Assembly (NCBI GenBank): GCA_016867315.1
Contig: VGJV01000002.1
Span: 51,386 to 115,385 of the forward strand
Direction of reading: 5' to 3'
From: Candidatus Liptonbacteria bacterium
GTDB lineage: Bacteria > Patescibacteriota > Minisyncoccia > UBA6257 > 2-01-FULL-56-20
Length of the DNA: 64,000 bases
Positions 1 to 10,100 of the stretch are shown here, in pieces; the first letter of the stretch is position 1; the number at the start of each line of letters is the position of its first letter. The notes below the pieces were generated by a model. The model did not search any database, was not told the origin of the DNA, and saw only the letters and a program-made list of their open reading frames with translations. Position numbers and translations under genes: made by a program.

Positions 1-1
1 A

Positions 2-235
2 TCGGTTGATTTTTACACTTGAGATTTTCCCCTTAAGCTGCTCGATCTGATGATCAATCCGCTTTTCCCGCTTCCATAAAATGGATCGCAGGATCCGATG
101 CACGACTTGAGCAATCCAGAAAAAATCCATCTTCTGGTACGCCCACCCACGCTGGATTTGGGGAATCCCGTACGCTTCAAGCAACTTGTCTTGAATCGCC
201 ACAAAGGCAGTTATATGTAAAACGTCGCGACGCAC
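2..235 (-). CDS. possible hypothetical protein, runs off the window edge
   Basis: Stop-free frame read by hand from GTG at 235 (VRRDVLHITAFVAIQDKLLEAYGIP...); no recognisable motif. Confidence 0.25.
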   Translation of the reverse strand, partial: MRRDVLHITAFVAIQDKLLEAYGIPQIQRGWAYQKMDFFWIAQVVHRILRSILWKREKRIDHQIEQLKGKISSVKINR

Positions 236-336
236 GGCACCGTGATATCGTTCGGGCGATCGCCGGGTTTATTTTCGTCCTGTTCTCCTTTCCTCTTATT
301 GAGTTCCTCTTCGATTTTGTGATGACAACAATCCAT
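211..336 (-). CDS. 41-aa microprotein with N-terminal CCHH motif
   Basis: MDCCHHKIEEELNKRKGEQDENKPGDRPNDITVPCVATFYI*; ATG 5 nt after the stop of the Trx-like gene; below the ORF-track cutoff. Confidence 0.45.
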   Translation of the reverse strand: MDCCHHKIEEELNKRKGEQDENKPGDRPNDITVPCVATFYI

Positions 337-341
337 AGCGA

Positions 342-731
342 TTAAAGCTGCGTGGAAGTAACGCTTGGCCGGAGCGAACACCCGCTTGCCTCGCTCAACC
401 TGGCAAGACCCATTTCTCCCTTAAATCTCCTTCCATCCTTCACAATCCAAGTAGGATATCCCTTCACTCGCTGCGCTACACAGGCCTGCGGATCCTTCGG
501 ACATTCTATATAAGGAATGAGTCGGAAAGAATCTCCCAACGCGCGCTTCTCATTTTGGCAATGGGGACACCAGTCTGCTCCGTACATAGCAAACCCCTTA
601 TCCGCGAGACACTGCGCAAACCCATCATACTCCCCTGACGCAGGTACGGGAGAATAGAGCAACCACCACAATCCTGCCGCAATTCCCACAACCAGCAACG
701 CACTAAGAATATGCTGTTTTTTATTATTCAT
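342..731 (-). CDS. membrane-anchored thioredoxin-like protein (VKOR-associated Trx-type domain)
   Basis: N-terminal TM helix; MYGADWCPHC motif, YIEC, GYPTW. Confidence 0.8.
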   Translation of the reverse strand: MNNKKQHILSALLVVGIAAGLWWLLYSPVPASGEYDGFAQCLADKGFAMYGADWCPHCQNEKRALGDSFRLIPYIECPKDPQACVAQRVKGYPTWIVKDGRRFKGEMGLARLSEASGCSLRPSVTSTQL

Positions 732-1224
732 CGCAGCAATTTACTAATTTATTAACGATGTCTTTATACGTCCACGCCTTCTCGGCTCCGGCAATTTCTT
801 TGAACTCCCCGGCATTAATCAGTTTAAGCCGCAAAACCCAAAACATCGAATAGGTTTCATGCGCTTTTTTGAAAAGCTCTTTCGCCTCTTCTTTTTTACC
901 GTCTGCATTGAGTTTCGTCCCCACTTCCATGAGCCGCATGGTGGCTGCCAAGAGGTGCTTCGTAATGCACCAGGTTTCGCCTTCGTGCTTCGGCACCATC
1001 CGCTCCATCACGCTTTTCCGCAATTCTCGAATTTGCGTAAGAAGCCCTAAATATTCCTCCTTGCCAGTTTTCACGTTGGTGAAGAATAAATGCTCCTCCA
1101 AACTTACTAAGTTCATCGCCGCAATGCTCAAATCCTCCTCGGTAGATAAATCCACCGTACCGGAAGCTTTGAGTTTTTCTACCTTTTTTATGATTTCTCC
1201 GAAATCGAATGTTGGGTTAGTCAT
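724..1224 (-). CDS. hypothetical helical protein with EEH, WCxxKH and C-terminal CCDE, possibly metal-binding
   Basis: Start moved to MTNPTFDF at 1224 because the longer ORF overlaps ccdA and a structured element. Confidence 0.65.
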   Translation of the reverse strand: MTNPTFDFGEIIKKVEKLKASGTVDLSTEEDLSIAAMNLVSLEEHLFFTNVKTGKEEYLGLLTQIRELRKSVMERMVPKHEGETWCITKHLLAATMRLMEVGTKLNADGKKEEAKELFKKAHETYSMFWVLRLKLINAGEFKEIAGAEKAWTYKDIVNKLVNCCDE

Positions 1225-1234
1225 GAATTTGAAT

Positions 1235-1349
1235 GACTGTAAAGAACACATAGCTGCAGGGCTTCTCGCAGTCCCGCCAAGGCGGGAAGAGCAGAGCTGC
1301 TGCGGCTGCAGCCGCAGACAGCGTCCCTGCAATATGTGTTCGAACAGTC
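1235..1349. repeat. post-stop three-way-junction element, copy 1 (divergent)
   Basis: Outer stem GACTGT..GAACACATA.CTGCAGGG / CCCTGCAA.TATGTGTTC..ACAGTC encloses two hairpins; core matches copies 2-5. Confidence 0.75.
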
Positions 1350-1351
1350 CA

Positions 1352-2134
1352 TTAGAAGATAAACACGAATATTCCAAGAAGGATCGCCAAGAGCCCTCCC
1401 CACAAGCGCAATCGACCTGTTTCCCGCTTCTTCCAATCCTCAATTTTAGCGAGCACGCCTTTGTCACTCCCCAAGGCAAGCATCACGACGAGCGGCGCTA
1501 CGAAAATGAGGTTATAGAGCGCGAGATAGCCGAGCCCCATGAGATATGTTCCTTGATCATGCAAGAGCCCCAACACCAAGAGGTATGGCCCTCCCGTACA
1601 GGGAAACTCGCACACTCCCACTAATGCCCCCAAGAGAAATGCCGCTGGTAGCGTCGATCTCTCCATAAGCGCAGCCATTGGCCGATGGGAAATAGATGGG
1701 ATTTTAAGCTTGATGGGAAACGAAGGAAAAAAATGATTCACGAGACTCAGGAATCCCGCCGCGATCATAAGCGACGCCGCAATCTTCGCCATGAAATGGG
1801 GCGTGTTGAAGAGATGGAGCGCCTGGAGAAGCCCTATTCCAATAAGGAAGTACGCGGCAAAAATCCCCGCGATATAGAACGCCCCTACGGTGAGAATTTT
1901 TCCTCGTGCCGACCCCAAACTCACGAGAAACGCTATCGTAAGAATAAGCACCGAAAACGCACACGGATTGATGCTATCTAAAAGAGCAGCTACCAACACG
2001 AGAGGCAAAAGCCATTTTCCTTCGCCCGAAAGATTCCAGAGCGCCTCGGTTCCAATATTCCCTGTCTTGATTACGATCACAGTTCCTAATACTGCGACCG
2101 CTAATCCTACGAGAATCCAGAATTTCTTGGTCAT
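1352..2134 (-). CDS. CcdA/DsbD-family thiol-disulfide transmembrane transporter
   Basis: Multiple TM helices; DSINPCAF and CEFPCTGGPY motifs. Confidence 0.85.
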   Translation of the reverse strand: MTKKFWILVGLAVAVLGTVIVIKTGNIGTEALWNLSGEGKWLLPLVLVAALLDSINPCAFSVLILTIAFLVSLGSARGKILTVGAFYIAGIFAAYFLIGIGLLQALHLFNTPHFMAKIAASLMIAAGFLSLVNHFFPSFPIKLKIPSISHRPMAALMERSTLPAAFLLGALVGVCEFPCTGGPYLLVLGLLHDQGTYLMGLGYLALYNLIFVAPLVVMLALGSDKGVLAKIEDWKKRETGRLRLWGGLLAILLGIFVFIF

Positions 2135-2135
2135 A

Positions 2136-2633
2136 TTAGGGAGTTACCTGCGCGGTAAAGCGAAGCTCGAATGGAAGCCCAGTCTCCGTTTCTACAAACA
2201 CTGCCCGTTCGATTTTTCCTACCCCTGCCGGCCCATGCGCCGCCGGATCAAATACTGCCTCCACCACAGCTTCTTCCTGAGGAGCCAAAGTAATATCGAT
2301 TCCCGGAATAAAGCCGTGGCCCGGCATCCCATATGGCCCTACTTTTTTGGCCAAAGTCATGAGCTGCGCCGTAGTACACATGCATGACGTATAAAGTTTC
2401 GTGAGTCTCACGGGGGTGGAACTACCGTTTCGAATACTGAATACATGCTTAACTTTCCCCGCCGCCATTGATATAGATCCGAAATCGAAACTCGTTTCCA
2501 CGGCGCTCAACGCCGACGTCCCCGAAACTATAGGGGCGACACCCGGAGAAGATTGTTTTCCCCAAATAAAAAGCGCTCCTATTACCACTACCACAAACCC
2601 GATTCCAATAAGTACATTTTTAGAATTGTCCAT
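2136..2633 (-). CDS. DUF1573-like Ig-fold protein with TSCMCT and His/Met motifs
   Basis: TM anchor; FDFGSI, TSCMCT, GMPGHG, PAAHGPAG. Confidence 0.75.
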   Translation of the reverse strand: MDNSKNVLIGIGFVVVVIGALFIWGKQSSPGVAPIVSGTSALSAVETSFDFGSISMAAGKVKHVFSIRNGSSTPVRLTKLYTSCMCTTAQLMTLAKKVGPYGMPGHGFIPGIDITLAPQEEAVVEAVFDPAAHGPAGVGKIERAVFVETETGLPFELRFTAQVTP

Positions 2634-2671
2634 GTAAGTAGACCCCGTGTAAACAAAAACCTGCCTCCCAA

Positions 2672-2719
2672 AATTTCGACGAAGTGCGCGCCGACATGCG
2701 CACTGATTCGCCCGAAATT
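2672..2719 (-). promoter_or_regulatory. imperfect hairpin directly after the leader ORF stop
   Basis: AATTTCG..CGAA.GTGCGC / GCGCAC..TTCG..CGAAATT. Confidence 0.5.
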
Positions 2720-3125
2720 AAAGCGCTAAGGCAGGATCCCTTCGTTCGTGCAGTTTAAGCCAACGAGCGAAACGCTCAGGAAGCTTCAAAAAATTTCCTT
2801 GTAAAGTCTTCAAATAGAGAGAAAGCGCTCCCTCGAAAATATGAGAAGCAATGTGCTGCAGCGCCATCCAACCCGCAAAAAGCAGGAGAAGCGCGGCGAA
2901 CACTCCCCATGCACTCATCGTGGCGAGCGAAAAACCTTTCAAGGCCTCGAGATAAAAACCGGAAGTGGAAACCGCATCCCCTGGAGGACACGCCACACCC
3001 CCATGTGCACTCGCGGCCAAACATCCTCCTCCGTGATTCGCTCCATGATTCATACCGAAAGCCCCCAGCACCGCGATGGATACGAAAGCTAATATAAGAA
3101 ATACAGCTCCTGCTTTCCGGCTCAT
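2718..3125 (-). CDS. His/Cys-rich membrane protein; candidate regulatory leader ORF
   Basis: TM helix, HGANHGGGC-x10-C, second TM, C-terminal RWLKLHERRDP; TATAAT 6 nt upstream of the ATG. Confidence 0.65.
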   Translation of the reverse strand: MSRKAGAVFLILAFVSIAVLGAFGMNHGANHGGGCLAASAHGGVACPPGDAVSTSGFYLEALKGFSLATMSAWGVFAALLLLFAGWMALQHIASHIFEGALSLYLKTLQGNFLKLPERFARWLKLHERRDPALAL

Positions 3126-3198
3126 ATTCCAATTATAGTATTCTCCCCTAAAAAACAAACCCCATCCATGCGGGGTTAGGAAACCATGCAATTCTACT

Positions 3199-4107
3199 CT
3201 AGCTCTTAAGGTAACGCCGCACTGCGATAAAACTGGAGAGAGCCCCGATACCGATCCCGAAAAGTAATTGATACCCCAAAAGAGTAATGAAGTTCGCGAT
3301 AAAGTATTGGAAAAGGTTCAATCCAGGAATAAATACCGCGAGATATGGGGAAGCAAAGTAAATTGCAGGAGCAATGAAGATAAGACTGGCGACCGCAGCA
3401 ATTGCTCCGGAAATAATGCCTTCAACCATATAAGGGCCGCGCACTAACGCATTCGAAGCCCCTACTACTCGCATAATCCCGATTTCTTCGCGGTTCGAGT
3501 AGATTGCGAGCCGAATAGTATTGAACACCACGAGGCCTGCGATAAGAGAAAGAAGGAGGGTAAGCGTAAACCCTGCTTTATTGACGTTATCGATAATTCG
3601 CGCGAGTCGGTCGATCACCACCTGATTTTTGGCATAACTCACGTTATCGATGTAATTCGAAAGATTCGGCGCGGAAAGATATCGGGCAATAGTCGCATAC
3701 TGTTCCGGCTTCTGAGCCTTGATACTTAAAGAGGCCTGAAAAGGATTGGTATTCAACTCGTTGACAGCCTGGCTGATAACCTGCTCATTTTTATGCGCAG
3801 TTTTAAAAAGCTCGAGCGCCTTGTCGCTCGAAACGTAATTCACGTCTTTCACCTCCGAAAGATTCTCCAGGGATTGTTTGATATTCAAGATCTGATCTTC
3901 GGAAGTATTGTTTTTGAAATACACACTGATATCGATCTTGTCCTGGATGGAAACCACCGCATGCTGAGTCGTAACGCGGAAAAGAATAAGACCTACGAAT
4001 ACCATAAGCGCCAAAATAGTAATAGCCACCGTGGCCGTCGAGAGCCAGCCATTTCGGCGAAAACCTTTGAATCCGAACTGTACGATGCGAAAGACAATAG
4101 TAAACAT
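3199..4107 (-). CDS. ftsX: cell division permease FtsX
   Basis: NTIRLAIYSNREEIGIMRVVGAS motif; follows ftsE. Confidence 0.92.
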   Translation of the reverse strand: MFTIVFRIVQFGFKGFRRNGWLSTATVAITILALMVFVGLILFRVTTQHAVVSIQDKIDISVYFKNNTSEDQILNIKQSLENLSEVKDVNYVSSDKALELFKTAHKNEQVISQAVNELNTNPFQASLSIKAQKPEQYATIARYLSAPNLSNYIDNVSYAKNQVVIDRLARIIDNVNKAGFTLTLLLSLIAGLVVFNTIRLAIYSNREEIGIMRVVGASNALVRGPYMVEGIISGAIAAVASLIFIAPAIYFASPYLAVFIPGLNLFQYFIANFITLLGYQLLFGIGIGALSSFIAVRRYLKS

Positions 4108-4111
4108 AAAT

Positions 4112-4215
4112 AAAATTTCTAATTTCTAATTGACCTAATTTCTAAAGAAAATTGTTGCGCCTTATTCATTGGGAGTTGGGATTTATTTAGGAATTAGAAA
4201 TTCTGAATTAGAAAT
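4112..4215. repeat. inverted degenerate heptamer array (AATTTCT / AGAAATT)
   Basis: AATTTCT-like units on the left arm, complementary units on the right arm. Confidence 0.7.
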
Positions 4216-4898
4216 TACACAAGGATATATTTGCCTTTAACCTCGTCCCGGAACACCCGCCCTCGATCGAGCGTAATCACACGCTTTTCGAGATTATTGA
4301 TGATTTCCTTGTCGTGGGTGGCAAGTATTACCGTCGTCCCTAATTGATTGATTTTCTCCAATAATTTAATGATTTCCGCAGTATGAAATGGATCAAGATT
4401 CCCCGTCGGCTCATCCGCAATAATGACTTCCGGCCGGTGGATCATCGCCCGCGCGATTGCCACCCGCTGCTTCTCCCCTCCTGAAAGCTCATGCGGAAAA
4501 TTCTTGCTCTTCTCGGCCAGCCCTACCATATCCAAAACCTGCGGTACCAACTCATTAATCTCCCGCTGAGCCCGCCCCTCTACCTCGAGCGCAAATGCGA
4601 CGTTCTCAAATGCAGTTTTAGTGGGAAGCAATCGGAAATCCTGGAACACCACTCCGATATGGCGACGAAATTGGGGTAATTCGCTGGAACCCAATTTATT
4701 GACTTCATATTGACCAAAAAACACCCGGCCGCGGCTGGGTTTCTCTTCTCCAATTAAAAGCTTAATAAGCGTAGACTTTCCGGCTCCCGATCTCCCCGCA
4801 AGCGAAACGAACTCTCCCTGTTTTATCTCTAACGTAACATCCTCAAGCGCTGGACTTAAGTGATCATAAATTTTAGCTACCCCTTGAAAAAAAATCAT
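4215..4898 (-). CDS. ftsE: cell division ATPase FtsE
   Basis: Walker [33 protein letters not shown]. Confidence 0.93.
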   Translation of the reverse strand: MIFFQGVAKIYDHLSPALEDVTLEIKQGEFVSLAGRSGAGKSTLIKLLIGEEKPSRGRVFFGQYEVNKLGSSELPQFRRHIGVVFQDFRLLPTKTAFENVAFALEVEGRAQREINELVPQVLDMVGLAEKSKNFPHELSGGEKQRVAIARAMIHRPEVIIADEPTGNLDPFHTAEIIKLLEKINQLGTTVILATHDKEIINNLEKRVITLDRGRVFRDEVKGKYILV

Positions 4899-4971
4899 AG
4901 GCAAGAAAAAAAGCCATTCCGGCCCCCCCATTCTACCCTACCTTTGACGAAGTTGTCCACTTCTCGTGAAT

Positions 4972-6004
4972 TTAAACTCCTTTTTCTATTTCCGCTTCAA
5001 TAAATAAATCAAGTTCTCCATTTAAAACCTTATCCACCTGCGAAGTTTCCACTTCAGTGCGGTGATCTTTCACTAATTGATACGGATTCAAAACATACGA
5101 ACGGAGCTGATTGCCCCACTCTGGCTTTACTTTTACCCGCAACGCAGAAAGTTCTTCCACATGATGCTGCTCCATAAGCTGAAAAATCTTGGCCTTCAAG
5201 AGCCGGAGCGCATATTCCCGATTCTGCTGCTGACTTCGCTCTACCCGCGCGCTCACGGCGAGCCCAGTAGGCAAATGCACCACGCGTACTGCCGTTTCCA
5301 CCTTGTTCACATTTTGTCCTCCCGGACCCCCCGCCCGGGAAAATTCCCACTTCAAATCAGCTTCCGGGATTTGAATTTTTGACTCCTCGACGGAAGGCAA
5401 ATCCGGCACGACTTCCACAAGCGCAAAAGCCGTATGCCGCAGCTGCTTTGCGGAAAAGGGAGACATCCGCACCAAGCGGTGCACTCCCGATTCTTTTTTC
5501 AGATAGCCGTAGGCATATTGTCCCTTCATCTCGATCATGCGCCCCCGAGGATTATCATCCAGAATCCGGGTTTTCCATCCATTCCGCTCAGCATAGCGAA
5601 TATACATTTCTCCAAGCATTCGTGCCCAGTCTTCCGCATCTTCCCCTCCTGCTCCGGGATATACCGAGAGCACCGCCGCTTGCCCGTCATATTTACCCTT
5701 AAAAAGCTCCTCGAGTTCCAGCGTCCGAAATTTCCGGCGTATTTCGTAAAATAAATTCTCCTCAAAGTTACTCTGGAGAGTCGCAAGTCCATCCTCAATT
5801 TCTTTGTACCGGGAAAGCAAATCCCGAAGAATCCCCCCGCGTTTCAGCTTCTCTTCGGCTGCCGCCTTATCCTGCCAAAAACCAGGCACGGCCATATCCG
5901 CCTCCAATTCTTTTAGTTCTTTTTCCTTTACCGCGAGGTCAAAGCCGCCCGCCTAACCGGCGGGCCTCAGTCGCAAGTTCTTCCAAATTCTCTCGCGAAT
6001 CCAT
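4972..6004 (-). CDS. prfB: peptide chain release factor 2, translated through a +1 programmed frameshift
   Basis: SPF and GGQ motifs; 21-codon first segment ends CTT TGA C at 5944-5938 and the +1 frame continues into the main ORF. Confidence 0.95.
5938..5952 (-). promoter_or_regulatory. prfB +1 frameshift site
   Basis: GCGGG CGG CTT TGA C: canonical slippery site with a G-rich upstream run. Confidence 0.9.
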
Positions 6005-6036
6005 AAAAAAAGAATAGCACGTTTTAGAAAAAAACA

Positions 6037-6068
6037 CCGGTCGAAAGCTCCTTGGCTCCTTCGACCGG
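6037..6068 (-). terminator. intrinsic terminator
   Basis: CCGGTCGAA / TTCGACCGG stem followed by a T-run on the minus strand. Confidence 0.6.
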
Positions 6069-6085
6069 CATCCCTTATTTGGCAT

Positions 6086-6247
6086 TTAATCGATATCCTC
6101 TTCGGGCACTGGCCCGATCCCAATAGAGACGTTTTCGAGAAAAAACAAGCACATCCCAAACCCTATAACTTTTAATAAATGTGCCCCGGCTTGTTGAGAA
6201 ACTCGAAGAAAATCTTGCGGCTCTTCTGAAACATTTGATTCATTCAT
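6086..6247 (-). CDS. 53-aa hypothetical protein
   Basis: MNESNVSEEPQDFL...PEEDID*; own promoter-like TTGTGA-17-TATTCT at 6300-6328 and a downstream terminator. Confidence 0.35.
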   Translation of the reverse strand: MNESNVSEEPQDFLRVSQQAGAHLLKVIGFGMCLFFLENVSIGIGPVPEEDID

Positions 6248-6336
6248 AGAGGATTTCCCTTGATTGTGAAAGCAAACCAGAAACAGTTTGCTGGAGGCAA
6301 GAATAGCACGCTCCGGTATTGCTCACAAGAAAAAGC

Positions 6337-6362
6337 TATGCCGAAGGGAGGCCTTCGGCATA
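6337..6362 (-). terminator. intrinsic terminator
   Basis: TATGCCGAAGG / CCTTCGGCATA stem plus T-run. Confidence 0.7.
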
Positions 6363-6386
6363 CATGAGTTAATTTACGGAGTCCGA

Positions 6387-6887
6387 TTAATGCGGTTTGG
6401 GAATAAACTTTCGAGGAGTATCTGCCTTTGGCACGACCTTAGGCTTAGACCCTAAGGACTTGGACGAATTCAGTGCATCCATTTGTACCGGCCATTGTTT
6501 CGGCTCATCCGGCTTCCCGAGCTCAAACCAGGTGGTACGTCCGGACTGCGCCGAACCTAGTCGTCGCAAGTCCAAATGAAACTCCTCTCCATCAGGATTA
6601 TCCGAGACGAAAAAGAGTCGTGCAGCCAATCGCTCGCGGGTTTTTTCATCAAAACATCCGTTTACCTCCTCATCCTGGAATCCGAGCGCCCGCTGCAGCC
6701 TTTTCACCGCTTCAATGGTTTTCTCTCCCCAACATCCAGCCTCCTCGCCAGTTAAAAAGTCCGGATCCAACAATCCCAAAGTCACAAGCGTGATTTGCAC
6801 TGACACAACTGCCACCCCTTCCGCCTTGGGGCCTAAATGCGGCGGCAATAACTGTAACGCTTGAACCAATAATTTCTTGTCTGACAT
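6387..6887 (-). CDS. peptidoglycan-binding domain protein
   Basis: LxxLG...GCWGEKTIEAVKRLQRALG...NGCFDEKT resembles PG_binding_1. Confidence 0.65.
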   Translation of the reverse strand: MSDKKLLVQALQLLPPHLGPKAEGVAVVSVQITLVTLGLLDPDFLTGEEAGCWGEKTIEAVKRLQRALGFQDEEVNGCFDEKTRERLAARLFFVSDNPDGEEFHLDLRRLGSAQSGRTTWFELGKPDEPKQWPVQMDALNSSKSLGSKPKVVPKADTPRKFIPKPH

Positions 6888-7007
6888 AACCATCCTTCTC
6901 TCAACGTGTTGATTTGTTAAGGTCCGAGGGACCCTTTCTTCAGCCGCGCAAACGGCTTAATTACGGTGTACCACGCAAGCAGAAAACCAGTCAATGAGAA
7001 AAATAGT

Positions 7008-7082
7008 TGGAGCCGATGAGAGGACTTGAACCTCCAACCTTTCCCTTACGAAGGGATTGCTCTGCCATTGAGCTACATCGGC
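7008..7082 (-). tRNA. tRNA-Thr(CGT)
   Basis: Cloverleaf GCCGATG..., anticodon loop TT CGT AA, GGTTCAAGTCC, encoded CCA. Confidence 0.93.
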
Positions 7083-7166
7083 ATGAACAGCATTATTCTA
7101 CGTACTTTTGAGCTTCGTGCAACTCCTTCACCCCTTGAGAAAAATCTCCTAGAATGGGAATGTCTC

Positions 7167-10100
7167 ATGGGAAAATTTGTTCATCTTCACACTCACTCTC
7201 ACTACTCTCTCCTTGATGGCCTTGCGAAAATTGAGGATCTTGTAGGTCGCGCAAAAGAACTCGAAATGGATGCCTTGGCACTCACTGATCACGGCGTGCT
7301 TTACGGCGCAATCGAGTTTTATAAAAAAGCCAAAGCTGCCGGGATCAAACCCATCCTAGGAGTGGAAGCCTATATTGCCCCGAAAGATAGGAGGTCTCGC
7401 GATGCAGGAGAAAAATACTATCACCTCATTCTACTCTCCGAAAATATCACCGGTTGGAAAAATCTTATTAAACTCGTAACGAAAGCGAATCTCGAAGGTT
7501 TTTATTACAAACCGCGGATGGATAAGGACCTTCTTCGTGAATACCACGAAGGAATTATTGCGCTTTCCGCCTGCTTCACGGGAGAAATTCAACGCGCCAT
7601 CAACGAAGATAAAGATACGGACGCAGTATTAAAGGAATACGTGGACATTTTCGGCAAAGAAAACTTCTTCTTGGAAATCGGCTATCACCCTCATGTAAGC
7701 CCCAAACAACACGAAAAGGTGTGGAATGGATTGATCGCCCTCTCCAAACGGTCGGGAATTCCCCTTGCTGCCACGCAGGATATCCATTATGCACACCCCG
7801 ATGATCGCGAATATCATGATGTACTTCTTGCGGTGCAAACAGGAAGCAACCTGTCGGATGGAGATCGATTAACGCTCAAAGCTGACAATTTTTCCATGAC
7901 CTCTCCTGAGGAAATGGAAAAGAATTTTAAAAATATTCCGGAAGCGGTAACGAACACGGTAAAAATCGCCGAGCGCTGCAACGTAGAACTCGAACTTGGG
8001 AAAACCCAGCTCCCTGATTTTCCGAAACCGGAAGGCAAAACTGCCAATCAATATCTCCGCGAACTGGCGTATGAACGTCTCCCCAACCGTTTTTCGAAAG
8101 AAGCGCAAACACAGGAAGTGCTCGACCGGCTGGAGTATGAGTTAGGAGTTATAGAGAAAACCGGCTTCGCCGACTACTTCCTTATCGTGCAAGATCTTAC
8201 CGGCTGGGCTCGTGCGCACGGTATTGCGGTGGGCCCAGGAAGAGGCTCTGCGGCCGGGAGCCTTATGTCCTACGTCCTCGGAATTACGGACATTAACCCA
8301 TTGCGGTACGGGCTCCTCTTTGAGCGTTTTTTAAATCCGGAACGTATTCAAATGCCCGACATCGACATCGATTTCGCCGACACTCGCCGGGATGAAGTGT
8401 TAGCCTATGCACGTCAAAAATACGGCGAAGATCGCGTAGCCCAGATCATCACGTTTGGAACAATGGCTGCCCGTGCCGCAGTACGCGACGCCGGCCGCGC
8501 CATGGGCCTTCAATATGGCTTTTGCGATCAAATCGCGAAACTCATTCCTTTCAATGCCACGATCGAGGAATCGTTGGAACAAGTTCCTGAACTTCTCGAA
8601 CTTTACAAAAAAACTCCGGATGCAAAACGCGTGATGGATACAGCGAAGCACCTCGAAGGGGTGGCACGGCATGCGTCGGTACACGCCTGCGGTACTGTGA
8701 TTTCCAAAAAATCTCTTACCGAATACCTCCCACTCCAATACGCGCCGCAAGACAAAAACGCGATTATTACTCAATTTGAAATGCATTCCGTGGAAGACCT
8801 TGGGCTCCTTAAAATGGATCTTCTGGGTTTGAAAAACCTCACTATAATCGAAGAAACTATTCGGCTCGTAAAAGATCTGCGGGGAGAGGAAATCCAAATC
8901 TCGAATCTGCCACTCGACGACAAAGCCACCTTCACGCTGCTCCAAGCCGGAAATACCACGGGCGTATTTCAATTTGAGTCATCGGGCATGCGCCGCTACA
9001 TGAAAGAAATCCACCCAACCGAACTCGAAGATTTAATCGCCTTAGTAGCGCTGTTCCGCCCGGGTCCTATGGAACTTATTCCCACTTTTATTAAACGCAA
9101 ACACGGCCTGGAGAAAATCACCTATCTTCACCCCCACCTCGAACCAATTTTGAAAACCACCTACGGCATCGGTGTGTATCAAGAGCAAATGATGCAAATC
9201 GCCCGGGACGTTGCGGGGTACACCTTGCCCGAAGCAGACACGTTGCGGAAAGCTATCGGGAAAAAGATTAAATCGCTTTTGGATGAACAAAAATCCAAGC
9301 TGGTGAACGGAATGGTAAAGAACGGCATTCCCCCAAAGATTGCGGAAGCAATTTGGGAACTCTTCCCGCCCTTCGCCCGATACGGATTCAACAAGAGTCA
9401 CGCCGCCTGCTATGCCTTGATCGGCTATCAAACTGCCTACTTGAAAGCCCATTATCCCATCGAATACATGGCGGCACTCCTCAATGCCGATCTGAACGAT
9501 TTGGATCGCATTTCCTTCCTGGTAAATGAAGCCAAACAAAACAACATTCCAGTGCTCGCTCCCGATGTTAACAAAAGCTTCGTAAAATTTGCTCCGGAGG
9601 AAGGGAAAATCCGCTTCGGCCTTTTAGGAATCAAAAATGTCGGTTCTCAAATCGCGCACGCCATTATTGAGGAACGGATAAAAGGCGGAGCTTTCCAAAC
9701 TTTCACGGACTTCCTCGCCCGCATTCAACACAAAGATTTGAATAAAAAATCTTTGGAAAGCTTGGCAAAGGGAGGTGCTTTGGAATCCTTAGGCGTGGAA
9801 CGCAATCAGGTAATCCAAAATTTGGATGACATCGTGCGTTTTGCGGGCGCCGCGCGGAAAACCGCCGGCCAATCAAATTCCCTCTTCGGCTCTTCTACCG
9901 CCTCGCTTTCCATAAAGCTAAAACCCGCGCCTCCCGCTACTCGGGAAGAAAAACTGGGCTGGGAAAAGGAACTCCTGGGCTTCTATCTCTCGGATCATCC
10001 GTTGAACTCTTATAAAGAAAAAATAAACTGGCTCAAAGCGAAGCCGCTCCATGAAGTTCGCGCCATCAAAGACGAAACCAAAACCTTCCGCGCCGCGGGC

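Noticed and set aside
6086-7008. Integrated island at tRNA-Thr
   Set aside because: No duplicated tRNA 3' end and no integrase.
7026-7166. N-terminal extensions of dnaE, the site-2 protease and the RluA gene
   Set aside because: They overlap tRNA genes; family-typical starts lie downstream.
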